The position numbers and the translations under genes were made by a program. Below are positions 49,032-58,854 of a DNA stretch of 64,000 nt, piece after piece (position 1 is the stretch's first letter; the number at the start of each line of letters is the position of its first letter). The stretch lies in assembly GCA_963823945.1 (NCBI GenBank), contig CAWGNK010000014.1, positions 93,112 through 157,111 on the forward strand. The letters are read 5' to 3'. The notes below the pieces were generated by a model, which saw nothing but the letters and a program-made list of their open reading frames with translations, had not been told where the DNA came from and did no database searches. Source of the DNA: an uncultured Acidimicrobiaceae bacterium (GTDB lineage Bacteria; Actinomycetota; Acidimicrobiia; Acidimicrobiales; Bog-793).

Positions 49032-49796
49032 GTGCAGGCAGAGGAGATTCTCGAGGCGTTGTCGGCGGCTGCCTACGCCGTCGCGCGGGCGGTCGCGGTC
49101 GAAGACGACTGGTCGATGCCGGGGAGCCGGCCGGGTCAGTTCCGCATCGACCTCGCCGCCGACGCCGCCGCCTGCGAGGTGCTCCTCGGCGCCGGCCTCG
49201 GCGTGCTGAGCGAGGAGAGCGGCGTGACCGAGGGGGACCGCCAGTACCTCGCCGTCATCGACCCGGTCGACGGCTCGACGAACGCCTCCCGGGGGCTGCA
49301 CTGGTACGCGACGAGCATCTGCGTGCTCGACGAGATGGGCCCGTACGTCGCGCTCGTCGTCAACCAGGCCCGCTTCTCCTGCTACGAGGCCGTGCGGGGC
49401 CACGGCGCGACCCGCGACGGACGCCCGATCGCGCCGTCCAAGGTCACCTCGCTCGCCGACGCGATCGTCAGCGTCTCGGGCTATCCGCCCCGGGACATGG
49501 GCTGGCACCAGCTGCGAAGCCTCGGTGCCGCGGCGCTCGAGCTCTGTGCCGTCGCCGACGGCAGCCTCGACGCCTTCGCCGAGTGGGGGGACAGCGGTCT
49601 CGGGGTCTGGGACTACCTCGGCGGCATGCTCGTCTGCAGCGAAGCGGGCGCCGCGGTGGGGGAGGCGTCGGGGCGGGAGCTCGTCGTGCGGGCCCACGCC
49701 GAGCGGCGCAGCCCGGTCGCCGCGGCGAGCCCGGAACTGCTCACCGAGCTGCTCGCGGCCCGCGCCGGGACCCCCCACCGGCGGCTGCGCCGATGA
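49032..49796 (+). CDS. Inositol monophosphatase family protein
   Basis: SEE, IDPVDGSTN, RSLGAAALEL, WDY.GG; TAACCT 7 nt upstream. Confidence 0.9.
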   Translation: MQAEEILEALSAAAYAVARAVAVEDDWSMPGSRPGQFRIDLAADAAACEVLLGAGLGVLSEESGVTEGDRQYLAVIDPVDGSTNASRGLHWYATSICVLDEMGPYVALVVNQARFSCYEAVRGHGATRDGRPIAPSKVTSLADAIVSVSGYPPRDMGWHQLRSLGAAALELCAVADGSLDAFAEWGDSGLGVWDYLGGMLVCSEAGAAVGEASGRELVVRAHAERRSPVAAASPELLTELLAARAGTPHRRLRR

Positions 49797-50545
49797 CGAC
49801 GGAGACCCCTCCCGAAGGCGGGTCGGCCCACTCGGTCCCGCTCGAGGTGCTGCTCGCCGTGCAGGACGGCGACACGGCCGCCGACCAGCTCCGTCACCGC
49901 CGGGCGCGACTTCCGGAGCGGGACGTGCTCGCCGGGCTCGAGGCGCGGCTCGAGAAGAACGCCACGGAGGCGGCGGAGCTCGACGCCGCGCGCCACGCCC
50001 AGGAGGTGCGCCTCGCCGAGCTGGCGGGGGAGGTCGACGAGCTCGTGGGTCGGACCACCCGGATCGACCACCAGCTGCGCGCCGGTGAGGTGCCCTCGTT
50101 CCGTGACCAGGAGGCGATCGCGATGGAGATGGGCGCCCTCGGGCGCCGCCGCGGCGAGCTCGACGACGAGCAGCTCGTCGTGATGGAGGCCATCGAGGAG
50201 CTGGAGGTGGAGCTCAACCGGCTCGCGGGCGAAAGGGCCGTGCTGGCCGGTGAGATCGCGTCAGTGCGCGCCGCCCTCGGGTCGGCCGAGGCGGCGGTCG
50301 ACACCGAGCTGGCGACGATCGCCATCCGCCGGGCCGACCTCGCGGCGGAGGTGCCGACGGAACTGCTGGACGAGTACGAGCGGCTCCGGGTGCGGCTCGA
50401 CGGTGTCGGGGTGGCCCGGCTCGTCAACGCCTCCTGCAGCGGCTGTCACCTGGCGCTGTCGGCCACGGAGCTCGACCACAGCCGGCACGCGCCCGCGGGC
50501 GAGGTCGTCCACTGCGCGCAGTGCGGGCGGATCCTCGTCGCCTGA
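49793..50545 (+). CDS. C4-type zinc ribbon coiled-coil protein (DUF164)
   Basis: Long coiled coil, YERLR...GVA, CSGCH...CAQCGRIL. Confidence 0.9.
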   Translation: MTTETPPEGGSAHSVPLEVLLAVQDGDTAADQLRHRRARLPERDVLAGLEARLEKNATEAAELDAARHAQEVRLAELAGEVDELVGRTTRIDHQLRAGEVPSFRDQEAIAMEMGALGRRRGELDDEQLVVMEAIEELEVELNRLAGERAVLAGEIASVRAALGSAEAAVDTELATIAIRRADLAAEVPTELLDEYERLRVRLDGVGVARLVNASCSGCHLALSATELDHSRHAPAGEVVHCAQCGRILVA

Positions 50546-50581
50546 GCACCAGGGCCGGCGGGCCGGAGGCGGTCGGTTGGG

Positions 50582-50854
50582 TCAGGCAGCGGGCTTGTGG
50601 TCGCGCTCGTGGTGCTGTACGGCCAGCACGATCATTGCCGTGCAGCCCACCGCGAGCAGGAAGCCGAGCCCGAACGAGTAGCCGTACCGCCACCCGAAGA
50701 CGAGCCGGCCGAGCAGCCCTCCGAGGAACGTCCCGGCGAGCCCGACGGCGATCGTCGCGCCGATGCCCATCGGGTTCGGGCCGGGAACGACGAGGCGGCC
50801 GAGCGCCCCGACCACGAGGCCCGTAACGATCAGCTCGATCACCAACCAGAACAC
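50582..50854 (-). CDS. GlsB/YeaQ/YmgE family membrane protein
   Basis: GLVVGALGRLVVPGPNPMG...GTFLGG. Confidence 0.85.
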   Translation of the reverse strand: MFWLVIELIVTGLVVGALGRLVVPGPNPMGIGATIAVGLAGTFLGGLLGRLVFGWRYGYSFGLGFLLAVGCTAMIVLAVQHHERDHKPAA

Positions 50855-51009
50855 GCCGCGAGTCTCGCACACCTCCCGGCGGGCGGCGGGTCGCCGGACG
50901 GTGCCCCGGGCGACGCGGAACGGTCCGAGCACGAGGCTCGGACCGTTCCAAGTTGCCTCCCGGCGGTCCCGTCCCTGCGGGCGGGTCGGTCAGGTGGTGC
51001 CGGGGTGCC

Positions 51010-53427
51010 CTAGTGGGCGGCCTTGTGACCGCTCGGGGCCTTGCCGAGCTTGCGCTCGAGCTCCAGGACGACCTCGGTCGTCTTCAGCACCGTGTCGGGG
51101 TTGAGGCTCATCGAGTCGATGCCGATCTCGACGAGGTACTCGGCCATCTCCGGGTAGTCCGAGGGCGCCTGCCCGCAGATGCCGGAGTGGATCTTGTTGC
51201 GGTGGCATCCCTCGACGGAGAGGCGCAGCATCTCTTTCACGCCGTCGTCGCGCTCTTCGTAGTCGAACGCCACGATCTCGCTGTCACGGTCGACGCCGAG
51301 GCAGAGCTGCGTGAGGTCGTTCGAGCCGATCGAGTAGCCGTCGAAGAGGGGAGCGAACTGGTCCACGAGGATGACGTTGTTCGGGATCTCGCACATCGCG
51401 TAGATCTTCAGGCCGTTCTCCCCGCGGGACAGTCCGAGCTTGGCCATCTGGGCCAGCACCGCCTCCGCCTCCTTCACCCGGCGGACGAAGGGGATCATGA
51501 GGATGACGTTCGTGAGCCCCATGTCCTCGCGGACCCGCTTCATCGCCTTGCACTCGAGCGCGAAGCCTTCGACATAGGCCGGGTGTGCGTAGCGGGAGGC
51601 TCCGCGCCAGCCGATCATCGGGTTGCTCTCGTCGGGCTCGAAGCCGGCGCCGCCGAGCAGGCTCGCGTACTCGTTGGTCTTGAAGTCGCTCATGCGCACG
51701 ACAACGGGCTTGGGCCAGAACGCCGCGGCGATGGTGCCGATCCCCTCGGAGAGCCGCTCGACGAAGAACGTCTCGCCGTCGGGGTAGCCGCGGGTGAGCC
51801 GGGCGATCGTGGCGGTCGCCTCGGGATCCGTGACCTTCTCCGGGTGGAGAAGCGCCATCGGGTGGGCCCGGATCGACTCGCTGATGATGAACTCCATCCG
51901 GGCGAGCCCGACACCGTCGTTCGGCAGGAACGACGTCTTGAAGGCGAGGTCCGGGTTGCCGAGGTTGATCATGATGTCGGTCTCAGGGCGCTCCAGGCCC
52001 TCGACCTCGGTGCGCACGACGTGGAACGGGATCTCACCGTTGTAGATGCGCCCGGAGTCGCCCTCGGCGCACGAGGCGGTGACGAGGGCGCCCTGCGGCA
52101 CGGCCGTGGTGCAGTCTCCCGTGCCGATGATCGCCGGGATGCCGAGCTCGCGGGCGATGATCGCCGCGTGGCAGGTCCTGCCACCCCGGTTGGTGACGAT
52201 CGCGGCGGCGGTCTTCATGACGGGCTCCCAGTCCGGGGTCGTCATGTCCGTGATCAGCACCTCGCCGGCGTTGAAGTCCGCCAGGTGGGAGACGTCGACG
52301 ATGACGCGGGCGTTGCCCGTGGCGATCTTCTCGCCGACGCTGCGGCCGGTGGTGAGGATCTCGCCGGTTCCGTCGAGGACGTAGGTCTCGAGGCTCGTCG
52401 CCTTGCGCTGCGAGGCGACCGTCTCGGGACGGGCCTGCACGAGGTAGAGGAGCCCGTCGATCCCGTCCTTGGCCCATTCCATGTCCATCGGCCGGTTGTA
52501 GTGCTTCTCGATCGCGATCGCGTACCCGGCGAGCTCGAGGACGTCCTCGTCGGTCAGGCAGAACCGCTCGCGGTCGGCCTTGGGAGTCGGGACGTTCCGG
52601 GTGGCGACGCGCTGCTCGCCCTCGACGAAGATCATCTTGATCGCCTTGTCGCCGATGAGGCGGCGCAGCACGGCGCGGTGGCCCTGCTCGAAGGTGGTCT
52701 TGAAGACGTAGTACTCGTCGGGGTCGACGGCGCCCTGGACGACGTTCTCGCCGAGGCCGTAGGCGCCGGTGACGAAGACGACGTCCCGGAAGCCGGACTC
52801 GGTGTCGAGCGAGAACATGACGCCCGACGAGGCGAGGTCCGAGCGCACCATCTTCATGATGCCGATCGACAGTGCCACGTCGAAGTGGTCGAATCCCTGG
52901 TCGACGCGGTAGTGGATGGCACGGTCGGTGAACAGGCTGGCGAAGCAGCGCCGGCAGGCGTCGAGGAGGTTCTCGTCGCCGTGGACGTTGAGGTAGGTGT
53001 CCTGCTGGCCGGCGAAGCTCGCCGTCGGCAGGTCCTCGGCCGTCGCCGACGACCGAACCGCCAGGCTGACCTCGTTCCCGTACTCCTCCTGGAGCTTGCG
53101 GTAGGCGGCGATGATCTCGTCGGCGAGGTCCTTGGGCAGCCCGGCGCCGTAGACGATCTCCCGGGCGCGCTTGCCACAGCGCGCGAGGTCGGCGACGTCC
53201 TCGGGGTCGAGCTTGTCGATCGCCTCGTGGAGGGGCGCGAGCGCGCCGGCTTCCTTCAGCATGTGGCGGTAGCCCTCGGCCGTGATGGCGAAGCCGTTGG
53301 GGATGCGGACGCCCTCGTGGGACAGTTTCTGGTACATCTCGCCGAGGGAGGCGTTCTTGCCGCCGACGATGGGCACGTCCTCGATCCCGATCTCCTCGAA
53401 AAAGCGGACGTATTTGAAGCCGGTCAT
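51010..53427 (-). CDS. ppsA: Phosphoenolpyruvate synthase
   Basis: VGGKNASLGEM, AVRSSATAED, GGRTCHAAI (phospho-His), GVGLARMEF, DFKTNEY, SIGSNDLTQ. Confidence 0.96.
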   Translation of the reverse strand: MTGFKYVRFFEEIGIEDVPIVGGKNASLGEMYQKLSHEGVRIPNGFAITAEGYRHMLKEAGALAPLHEAIDKLDPEDVADLARCGKRAREIVYGAGLPKDLADEIIAAYRKLQEEYGNEVSLAVRSSATAEDLPTASFAGQQDTYLNVHGDENLLDACRRCFASLFTDRAIHYRVDQGFDHFDVALSIGIMKMVRSDLASSGVMFSLDTESGFRDVVFVTGAYGLGENVVQGAVDPDEYYVFKTTFEQGHRAVLRRLIGDKAIKMIFVEGEQRVATRNVPTPKADRERFCLTDEDVLELAGYAIAIEKHYNRPMDMEWAKDGIDGLLYLVQARPETVASQRKATSLETYVLDGTGEILTTGRSVGEKIATGNARVIVDVSHLADFNAGEVLITDMTTPDWEPVMKTAAAIVTNRGGRTCHAAIIARELGIPAIIGTGDCTTAVPQGALVTASCAEGDSGRIYNGEIPFHVVRTEVEGLERPETDIMINLGNPDLAFKTSFLPNDGVGLARMEFIISESIRAHPMALLHPEKVTDPEATATIARLTRGYPDGETFFVERLSEGIGTIAAAFWPKPVVVRMSDFKTNEYASLLGGAGFEPDESNPMIGWRGASRYAHPAYVEGFALECKAMKRVREDMGLTNVILMIPFVRRVKEAEAVLAQMAKLGLSRGENGLKIYAMCEIPNNVILVDQFAPLFDGYSIGSNDLTQLCLGVDRDSEIVAFDYEERDDGVKEMLRLSVEGCHRNKIHSGICGQAPSDYPEMAEYLVEIGIDSMSLNPDTVLKTTEVVLELERKLGKAPSGHKAAH

Positions 53428-54311
53428 ATCTGGTCCTCTCTTAGCTGATCGAACTGTAAATGGTCGAGCAATTGGGCGGCGTCGAGACCCCGCCAGGTGT
53501 CCCGCAACGTCGAGATCGCGAAGTGCCGCGCCCCGAGCCCACCGTCGGCGCGTTGCAGGTCGCCCAGACAGTCGCCGACTGCGTCGGGGTAGCTCGGCTT
53601 GAACCGCAGCGCCTGGGCTAGTTCGAGGCCACCCCATAGGGCACCAACGAAGGTCGCGCCGGAGTCGGGCTGGAGCCGCATGCCGAGCACCCGGTTCTCA
53701 CAGTGTCGCACGAACTCCGAGGTGATGGCGCGCACCTCGGCCGAGAGGCTGGAAGAACCCGCCAGCGAGACGGCGACAGCGGTGGTCTCGAGGTCCGGTC
53801 CGGGTGTCGCCCAGCCCCCGTGCGGGTCGCGGGTCTCGGCGAGGAGCTCGGCGAAGGGATTGCGTCCGGCATCGAGGGGAGCCGCGACGCCGAGCCGGTG
53901 CAGCTCGGCGACGTGGAGCGCCCCGCGCAGCGCGCCCTGCCAGTCGCGGGCCCGGTGCGAGCGCGCGAGCGCCGCCTCCCGCTCCGCCAGCCACCGGTCC
54001 GGCGAGCGGTCCGGCACCCGGCCGAGCAGGGCGAGCGCGCGCAGCGCGGCCCAGCCGATCGTGAGGGTCGGGTAGCCGCCCTCCTGGTCCTGCAGCCCAC
54101 GCAGCCAGCCCGCCGTCAGCTCGGGCTCGGGGAACGGGATGCCAAGGAGGCGCAGGCACTCGAGGGCGGCGAGGGTGTCTGGCGCGTTCGGTTCCTCGAC
54201 ACCCCACTCCGGGGTCCGGTAGAAGGAGTACCCGCCGAGTGGGGTGCGGCGACTGAGGACGTAACGTCCGGCTGCCTCGGTGTCGAGACAGGCGGTCCGG
54301 AAACGGGACAC
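53424..54311 (-). CDS. Hypothetical protein, prenyltransferase/squalene-cyclase repeat-like
   Basis: Repeated (L)Q..DGG[YW]-type motifs (LQDQEGGY, RDPHGGW, LQRADGGL); coupled to ppsA by ATGA overlap. Confidence 0.65.
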   Translation of the reverse strand: MSRFRTACLDTEAAGRYVLSRRTPLGGYSFYRTPEWGVEEPNAPDTLAALECLRLLGIPFPEPELTAGWLRGLQDQEGGYPTLTIGWAALRALALLGRVPDRSPDRWLAEREAALARSHRARDWQGALRGALHVAELHRLGVAAPLDAGRNPFAELLAETRDPHGGWATPGPDLETTAVAVSLAGSSSLSAEVRAITSEFVRHCENRVLGMRLQPDSGATFVGALWGGLELAQALRFKPSYPDAVGDCLGDLQRADGGLGARHFAISTLRDTWRGLDAAQLLDHLQFDQLREDQI

Positions 54312-54315
54312 GTCG

Positions 54316-55575
54316 CTAGGCCAGTCCGTAGGGGAGTGCCGTCCCGGCCTCGATCTCGATCAACCGGTTGTACTTGGCGACGCGCTCGCCCCTGGCGGGC
54401 GCACCGGTCTTGATCTGACCGCAGCCGGTGCCGACGGCGAGGTCGGCGATGAAGGTGTCCTCGGTCTCGCCCGAACGGTGGGAGACCATCTGTGACCACC
54501 CCGCCTCGCGGCAGAGCCGCATCGCCTCGAGCGTCTCGGAGACCGAGCCGATCTGGTTGAGCTTGATGAGCGCCGCGTTCGCCGCCCCCGTCGAGATCGC
54601 CTCGGCGATGATCGTCGGGTTCGTCACGAGGAGGTCGTCGCCGACGAGCTGGACGCGCTCGCCGAGACGGGTCGTCAACCGCCGCCAGCCGTCCCAGTCC
54701 CCCTCGGCGAGCCCGTCCTCGATGCTCCAGACGGGGAAGTCCGTAGTGATCGCCTCGTAGCGCGTGATCATCTCGTCGCTCGAGAGTGCTTCCCCGGCGA
54801 CGTGGTAACGACCGTCGCGGTAGAACTCGCTGGCGGCGGGGTCGAGGGCGATGGCGACGCCCTCGCGGCCCGGTGTGTAGCCGGCCGCCGTGATTGCGGC
54901 GACGAGTACGCCGAGGACTTCCTCGGGCCTGTCGATCTGCGGCGCGAAACCGCCCTCGTCACCGAGTCCGGTCGCGAAGCCCTTGTCGGCGAGGAGGCGG
55001 CGGAGGGCGGCGTAGACCTCGGCGCCGGCGCGCACCGCCTCGGCGAGGGTCGGTGCACCGATGGGCGCGATCATGAACTCCTGGAAGTCGAGGTTGTTCG
55101 CGGCGTGCGCGCCGCCGTTTACGACGTTGAAGTGGGGAACGGGGAGGCGCGGCGCCACACCCTCGGGTCCGAGTGCACGCCAGAGGGGTTCCCCGGCGGC
55201 CAGCGCACCGGCCCGCGCCAGGGCCATCGACACGCCGACGATGGCGTTGGCGCCCAGACGGGACTTCGTCTCGGTCCCGTCGAGTTCGATGAGCGCGCGG
55301 TCGAGTTCCGCGAGATCGGCGAAGGATCGCCCGACGAGCAGCTTGGCGATCTCGCCCTTCACGTTCGCGACCGCGGTGCGGACGCCTTGGCCCGAGAAGC
55401 GGCTGCGGTCTCCGTCGCGCAGCTCATGGGCCTCACGCGATCCCGTCGAGGCGCCTGAGGGGACACCGGCGCGGGCGCTCGTGCCGTCGGCGAGAGTCAC
55501 GGTCACTGCGAGGGTCGGCCGGGCGCGGGAGTCGAGAATCTCGACCGCATCGAGGGTTGCCACTTGCAAAGACAT
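54316..55575 (-). CDS. eno: Enolase
   Basis: EILDSR, VPSGASTG, GDEGGFAP, LIKLNQIGS, SHRSGETED, RGERVAKYNRL. Confidence 0.96.
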   Translation of the reverse strand: MSLQVATLDAVEILDSRARPTLAVTVTLADGTSARAGVPSGASTGSREAHELRDGDRSRFSGQGVRTAVANVKGEIAKLLVGRSFADLAELDRALIELDGTETKSRLGANAIVGVSMALARAGALAAGEPLWRALGPEGVAPRLPVPHFNVVNGGAHAANNLDFQEFMIAPIGAPTLAEAVRAGAEVYAALRRLLADKGFATGLGDEGGFAPQIDRPEEVLGVLVAAITAAGYTPGREGVAIALDPAASEFYRDGRYHVAGEALSSDEMITRYEAITTDFPVWSIEDGLAEGDWDGWRRLTTRLGERVQLVGDDLLVTNPTIIAEAISTGAANAALIKLNQIGSVSETLEAMRLCREAGWSQMVSHRSGETEDTFIADLAVGTGCGQIKTGAPARGERVAKYNRLIEIEAGTALPYGLA

Positions 55576-55602
55576 GGAGGTCCTTTCGGGATCGGTGAGG
55601 AA

Positions 55603-55753
55603 AGCTTTCTTCGCGAACACGCTGCGCACCAGGGCACAACGTCACCATCCACCAGGAACTGCGGCCCAGTTTCCAGGCGGCGATTCTCGTGCGCCGCCGC
55701 CTCCGACCCTCGGTCGGGGCCCGTTGGGCCGCGGGTCGGGAGACGGTAGGCCG
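55603..55753 (-). promoter_or_regulatory. Putative DosR/DevR-like boxes upstream of eno
   Basis: Degenerate boxes at 55632-55645 and 55654-55667 (22-bp spacing) and 55740-55753; -10-like AAAGCT at 55608-55603. Confidence 0.35.
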
Positions 55754-55897
55754 ATCGTGCGCAATACATCTTCGTGACCTGGTGTTTTCCGTTCGGTCGC
55801 GGCGAAAGAGCAGTCCGACGGCTCGCGGGGTCGTCGCCGGCGGGCCGGCAAGCTTCGTAGCAAGGTCACAGCGGGCTCACGACCAGCTCCCAGCTCC

Positions 55898-57409
55898 GTG
55901 GCATACGACATCACCGTGACCACATCCGCCCTGCCCGTCGTCGAATCCCGTGCCCGTGCCGGCTCGTCCACGCGTCTCGCGCAGGTGATGTCGATCGTCC
56001 GCGCCCACGGTGAGGGCCTTGGCGCCGCGGCCGTGTACGCCGCCTTCGCCCTCTGGGCGCTCGTCCCGGCGGCGAAGATGCTCGAGCCGGACGACTACGC
56101 CTACCGGGCGTCGATCATCGCGTTGAGCCAGGGCCACTTCTGGCTCACCAACACGCAGTACACCGCCTTGGCCAAGAGCCTCTCCGGCGGTATCCAGCAG
56201 TGGGTCCACCTCGCGAACGGACACTGGATCAGCGAGAAGAACCCGGGATACCCGTTCTTCGCCGTCGTGTTCCAGTGGCTCCGGATCGTGCGGTTGACGC
56301 CGCTCTTCTACGGTGCGATCGGGAGTGCCGCGCTCTACTGCGGTGCCCGGCGCTGGCTCGGACGCCGGGGCGGGCTCTTCGCGGTCGTCCTTTACTGTTC
56401 GGCGGGGGCGGCAATGGTCTTTGCCTGGCGGGCGACGATGCCGACCTTCACGGACGCCTCGCTGATCGCGGCGGGCGCGGGCGCGCTGCTCTGGACACTC
56501 CTCGCCGTGGAGGCGTCGGCCCGTCGGCGCACTGTTGTCGGCCTGATGGGTTTCGTCGCCCTCGAGGGGGCGACGTTCATCCGCTACACGGACGTCGTCG
56601 AGCTCGCCGTCGCCGTCGCCGCGGTGTGCGTCTTCGCCCGGTCAGCCCGGCTGCGCTGGCGGAACGTTGTGTGGTGGTTGTCGTCGGTCGCGCTCTTCGG
56701 CGGGCTTGTTCTCGTGTTTGACGCGCTCGTCTACGGCGGCGCGACGAGAACGGGGTACTCGTCGGGCGAGATCACCTTCTCCACCTCGGCGCTGGTGCCG
56801 AACCTCGAGAACATGCCGCTGCATCTGCTGCGCGCGATGCCGCTCGCGCTCATCGCCGCGGGCGCGGTGATCTGGATCGTCGCCCGCCTCGTCATGGCGC
56901 GGCGTGCCGAGACGGGCGAGGCGTCGCTGCGCCGTCGGGACGCCAGCGTCGCGGGGTCACTCCTGGCGGGCTGGCTCGGGATCTGGGGCCTATACGCGGC
57001 CTACAACTGGACCGTGACGATGGGCGCCGGCGGCGTTGGCTCGGATGTCCACGTCGTGCGCTTCTACGTGCCTGCGCTTGGCCTGATGGCGCTGCTGGGC
57101 GCGTGGCTGCTGACGCGGATCCCGGGATGGTTCGCGCTCGGCATCGTGGCGGTGCTCGTCACCTCGGGCGGCTACACCTACCAGCAGATGGCGACATCCG
57201 GTCTCGGCCCCGGGGGCGGGTTCCCCGGTGGCGGCCCCGGCGGTTCAGGCGGCCGGCTGCCCGGCGGCGGCCGGGGCGGGCCGCCCGGCGGTATTCCTGG
57301 CGGCAGACCGCCAGGCGGTGGTCGCGGCCGTTTGCCCGGCGGCGCACCCGGCACCAAGGCGCCCGGAGGTGCTCACGCCGCGTCAAGCCGGGCCGGGGAT
57401 GCCAGGTGA
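55898..57409 (+). CDS. Multi-pass membrane protein, GT-C glycosyltransferase-like, Gly/Pro-rich tail
   Basis: N-terminal TM followed by EPDD, EKNPGYP, about 11 TM segments, RFYVP; GGPGG-rich C-terminus. Confidence 0.65.
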   Translation: MAYDITVTTSALPVVESRARAGSSTRLAQVMSIVRAHGEGLGAAAVYAAFALWALVPAAKMLEPDDYAYRASIIALSQGHFWLTNTQYTALAKSLSGGIQQWVHLANGHWISEKNPGYPFFAVVFQWLRIVRLTPLFYGAIGSAALYCGARRWLGRRGGLFAVVLYCSAGAAMVFAWRATMPTFTDASLIAAGAGALLWTLLAVEASARRRTVVGLMGFVALEGATFIRYTDVVELAVAVAAVCVFARSARLRWRNVVWWLSSVALFGGLVLVFDALVYGGATRTGYSSGEITFSTSALVPNLENMPLHLLRAMPLALIAAGAVIWIVARLVMARRAETGEASLRRRDASVAGSLLAGWLGIWGLYAAYNWTVTMGAGGVGSDVHVVRFYVPALGLMALLGAWLLTRIPGWFALGIVAVLVTSGGYTYQQMATSGLGPGGGFPGGGPGGSGGRLPGGGRGGPPGGIPGGRPPGGGRGRLPGGAPGTKAPGGAHAASSRAGDAR

Positions 57410-57465
57410 GGCCCGCTCGCCAAACGGGGCGGGACGTACCGCCGTCGCAGTAATGGTTTGTGGCG

Positions 57466-58164
57466 CTAGGAGACGTGGATCGCGGTCAGCGTGTACGTCT
57501 GCTCGAAGGTGTCGCGGTGGTACGGACTGCCGCCCTTGATCGGGACCGTGTAGGGGTGCCCTCTGGTCCTGAATAGGCCGATCGGCAGGCGTGCCGTGTA
57601 GGCGGAAGTCCACCCGGTGTCCTCGCCGGGCCACCCGTACTGCTGGCCGATGGGCCACGATGCTGAGTCCGAACCGCACGTCCGGGTGTACTTGGCGGGT
57701 GAGCCTTTCCAGCCCGTCCAGTCGTTGTACGAGGAGTTCACCGAGACGAACACCTCTGATCCGTGGACGAAGCCTGGCGCGCCCAGATCGCTCTGGCTGC
57801 TATTGAGCTTCCCGAGGGCCGCGCTGAAGCTCAGGGTCCACGAGCGAGGTGAGTCGGAGCAGCCCTTGCCGGGGGTGAAGACGATGTTGTCGGCCATCGT
57901 CTCGGATCCGCGCACCTGGTCGGCTCCGTCGACCGTGACGGACCATGTTCCAGTGAGAGTCACGAGGCATCGCTTGGTGACGCAGTTGTTCACGCCCGAC
58001 ATCCGGACGGTCCCGGAGTACACACCGGGCGGAATCGCCGGTGAGGTCGTCCGTGGCGGCGCGCCGAGCGCGGTGGGGGCCCAGAATCCCAGCCCCAACA
58101 GGATTGCCACACACCCGACAATTGCACCCGTCGTCTTCGGGAGCTGTCTCACGACCTCTCCCAT
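57466..58164 (-). CDS. Secreted hypothetical protein
   Basis: Signal-like N-terminus, Ser/Thr-rich beta-type sequence with Cys pairs. Confidence 0.6.
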   Translation of the reverse strand: MGEVVRQLPKTTGAIVGCVAILLGLGFWAPTALGAPPRTTSPAIPPGVYSGTVRMSGVNNCVTKRCLVTLTGTWSVTVDGADQVRGSETMADNIVFTPGKGCSDSPRSWTLSFSAALGKLNSSQSDLGAPGFVHGSEVFVSVNSSYNDWTGWKGSPAKYTRTCGSDSASWPIGQQYGWPGEDTGWTSAYTARLPIGLFRTRGHPYTVPIKGGSPYHRDTFEQTYTLTAIHVS

Positions 58165-58263
58165 CTTTGCGTCCTTCCCGAGAGATGGACGCGGACACGG
58201 ATCGAGGTTCTGGTTGGAACTCTTGTTCACCTGTGGCGCGCACCCGGATGAGTTGGACACCGA

Positions 58264-58854
58264 TCAGAGGCGGGCCGACGTGGGCTCCACGCACACTCTC
58301 GGATGCCAGTACACCTCGACCGCGACGAGCACATCGGTCACCTTCGGCGCTGCAGGGGACATCAGGAGGTTATACGACAGTCGCGTGAACGAAGCGTTCA
58401 GACGGCAATGCGGAGAAAAGGGCAAACTTGCGTCCGTGACGCCGCCGAGGTAATAGCCGCTCGCGTTGGGGCTCAGGTCTATGTTCGGTGTCTCTTCCTG
58501 TGAGAGACCGGGCGGCGCGTTCCGCTCGAAGTATGAGGCCGCCTCGTTGATCCCCTCGGGGACACGCCAGAACCGGCCCGAGTAAACGACGCCCTCTCCC
58601 TCCTGGTTGTACCCGTAGAAGTCGAGATCCGCGGCGCGTCGGGTGCCGATCCTCGCCAGTGCCACGGGCTCGGATCCGCCTGGAAGTCGGACCTCCCGGA
58701 GCACTCCGATGGCAGTCGCGGAGGCCGCGGCTTTCGTGTGCACCGCAAGGTCCACGGGTGATCCGGGGCCTGATCTCACGCTTACCGTGATGCCGATGCC
58801 GACGCCGATCGCCGCCAACACGGCCGCTGCCACCAACGCGAAGCGACGTATCAC
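58264..58854 (-). CDS. Membrane-anchored hypothetical protein
   Basis: GTG start overlapping upstream stop (GTGA), N-terminal TM RRFALVAAAVLAAIGVGIG. Confidence 0.55.
   Translation of the reverse strand: MIRRFALVAAAVLAAIGVGIGITVSVRSGPGSPVDLAVHTKAAASATAIGVLREVRLPGGSEPVALARIGTRRAADLDFYGYNQEGEGVVYSGRFWRVPEGINEAASYFERNAPPGLSQEETPNIDLSPNASGYYLGGVTDASLPFSPHCRLNASFTRLSYNLLMSPAAPKVTDVLVAVEVYWHPRVCVEPTSARL

Noticed and set aside
50953-53448. 831-aa plus-strand ORF and many other long antisense or alternate-frame ORFs in the track
   Set aside because: Shadow ORFs expected in high-GC DNA; they overlap clear genes and have no recognisable motifs
57200-57370. G-rich repeats at the end of the membrane glycosyltransferase-like gene
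   Set aside because: Encode an ordinary Gly/Pro low-complexity tail
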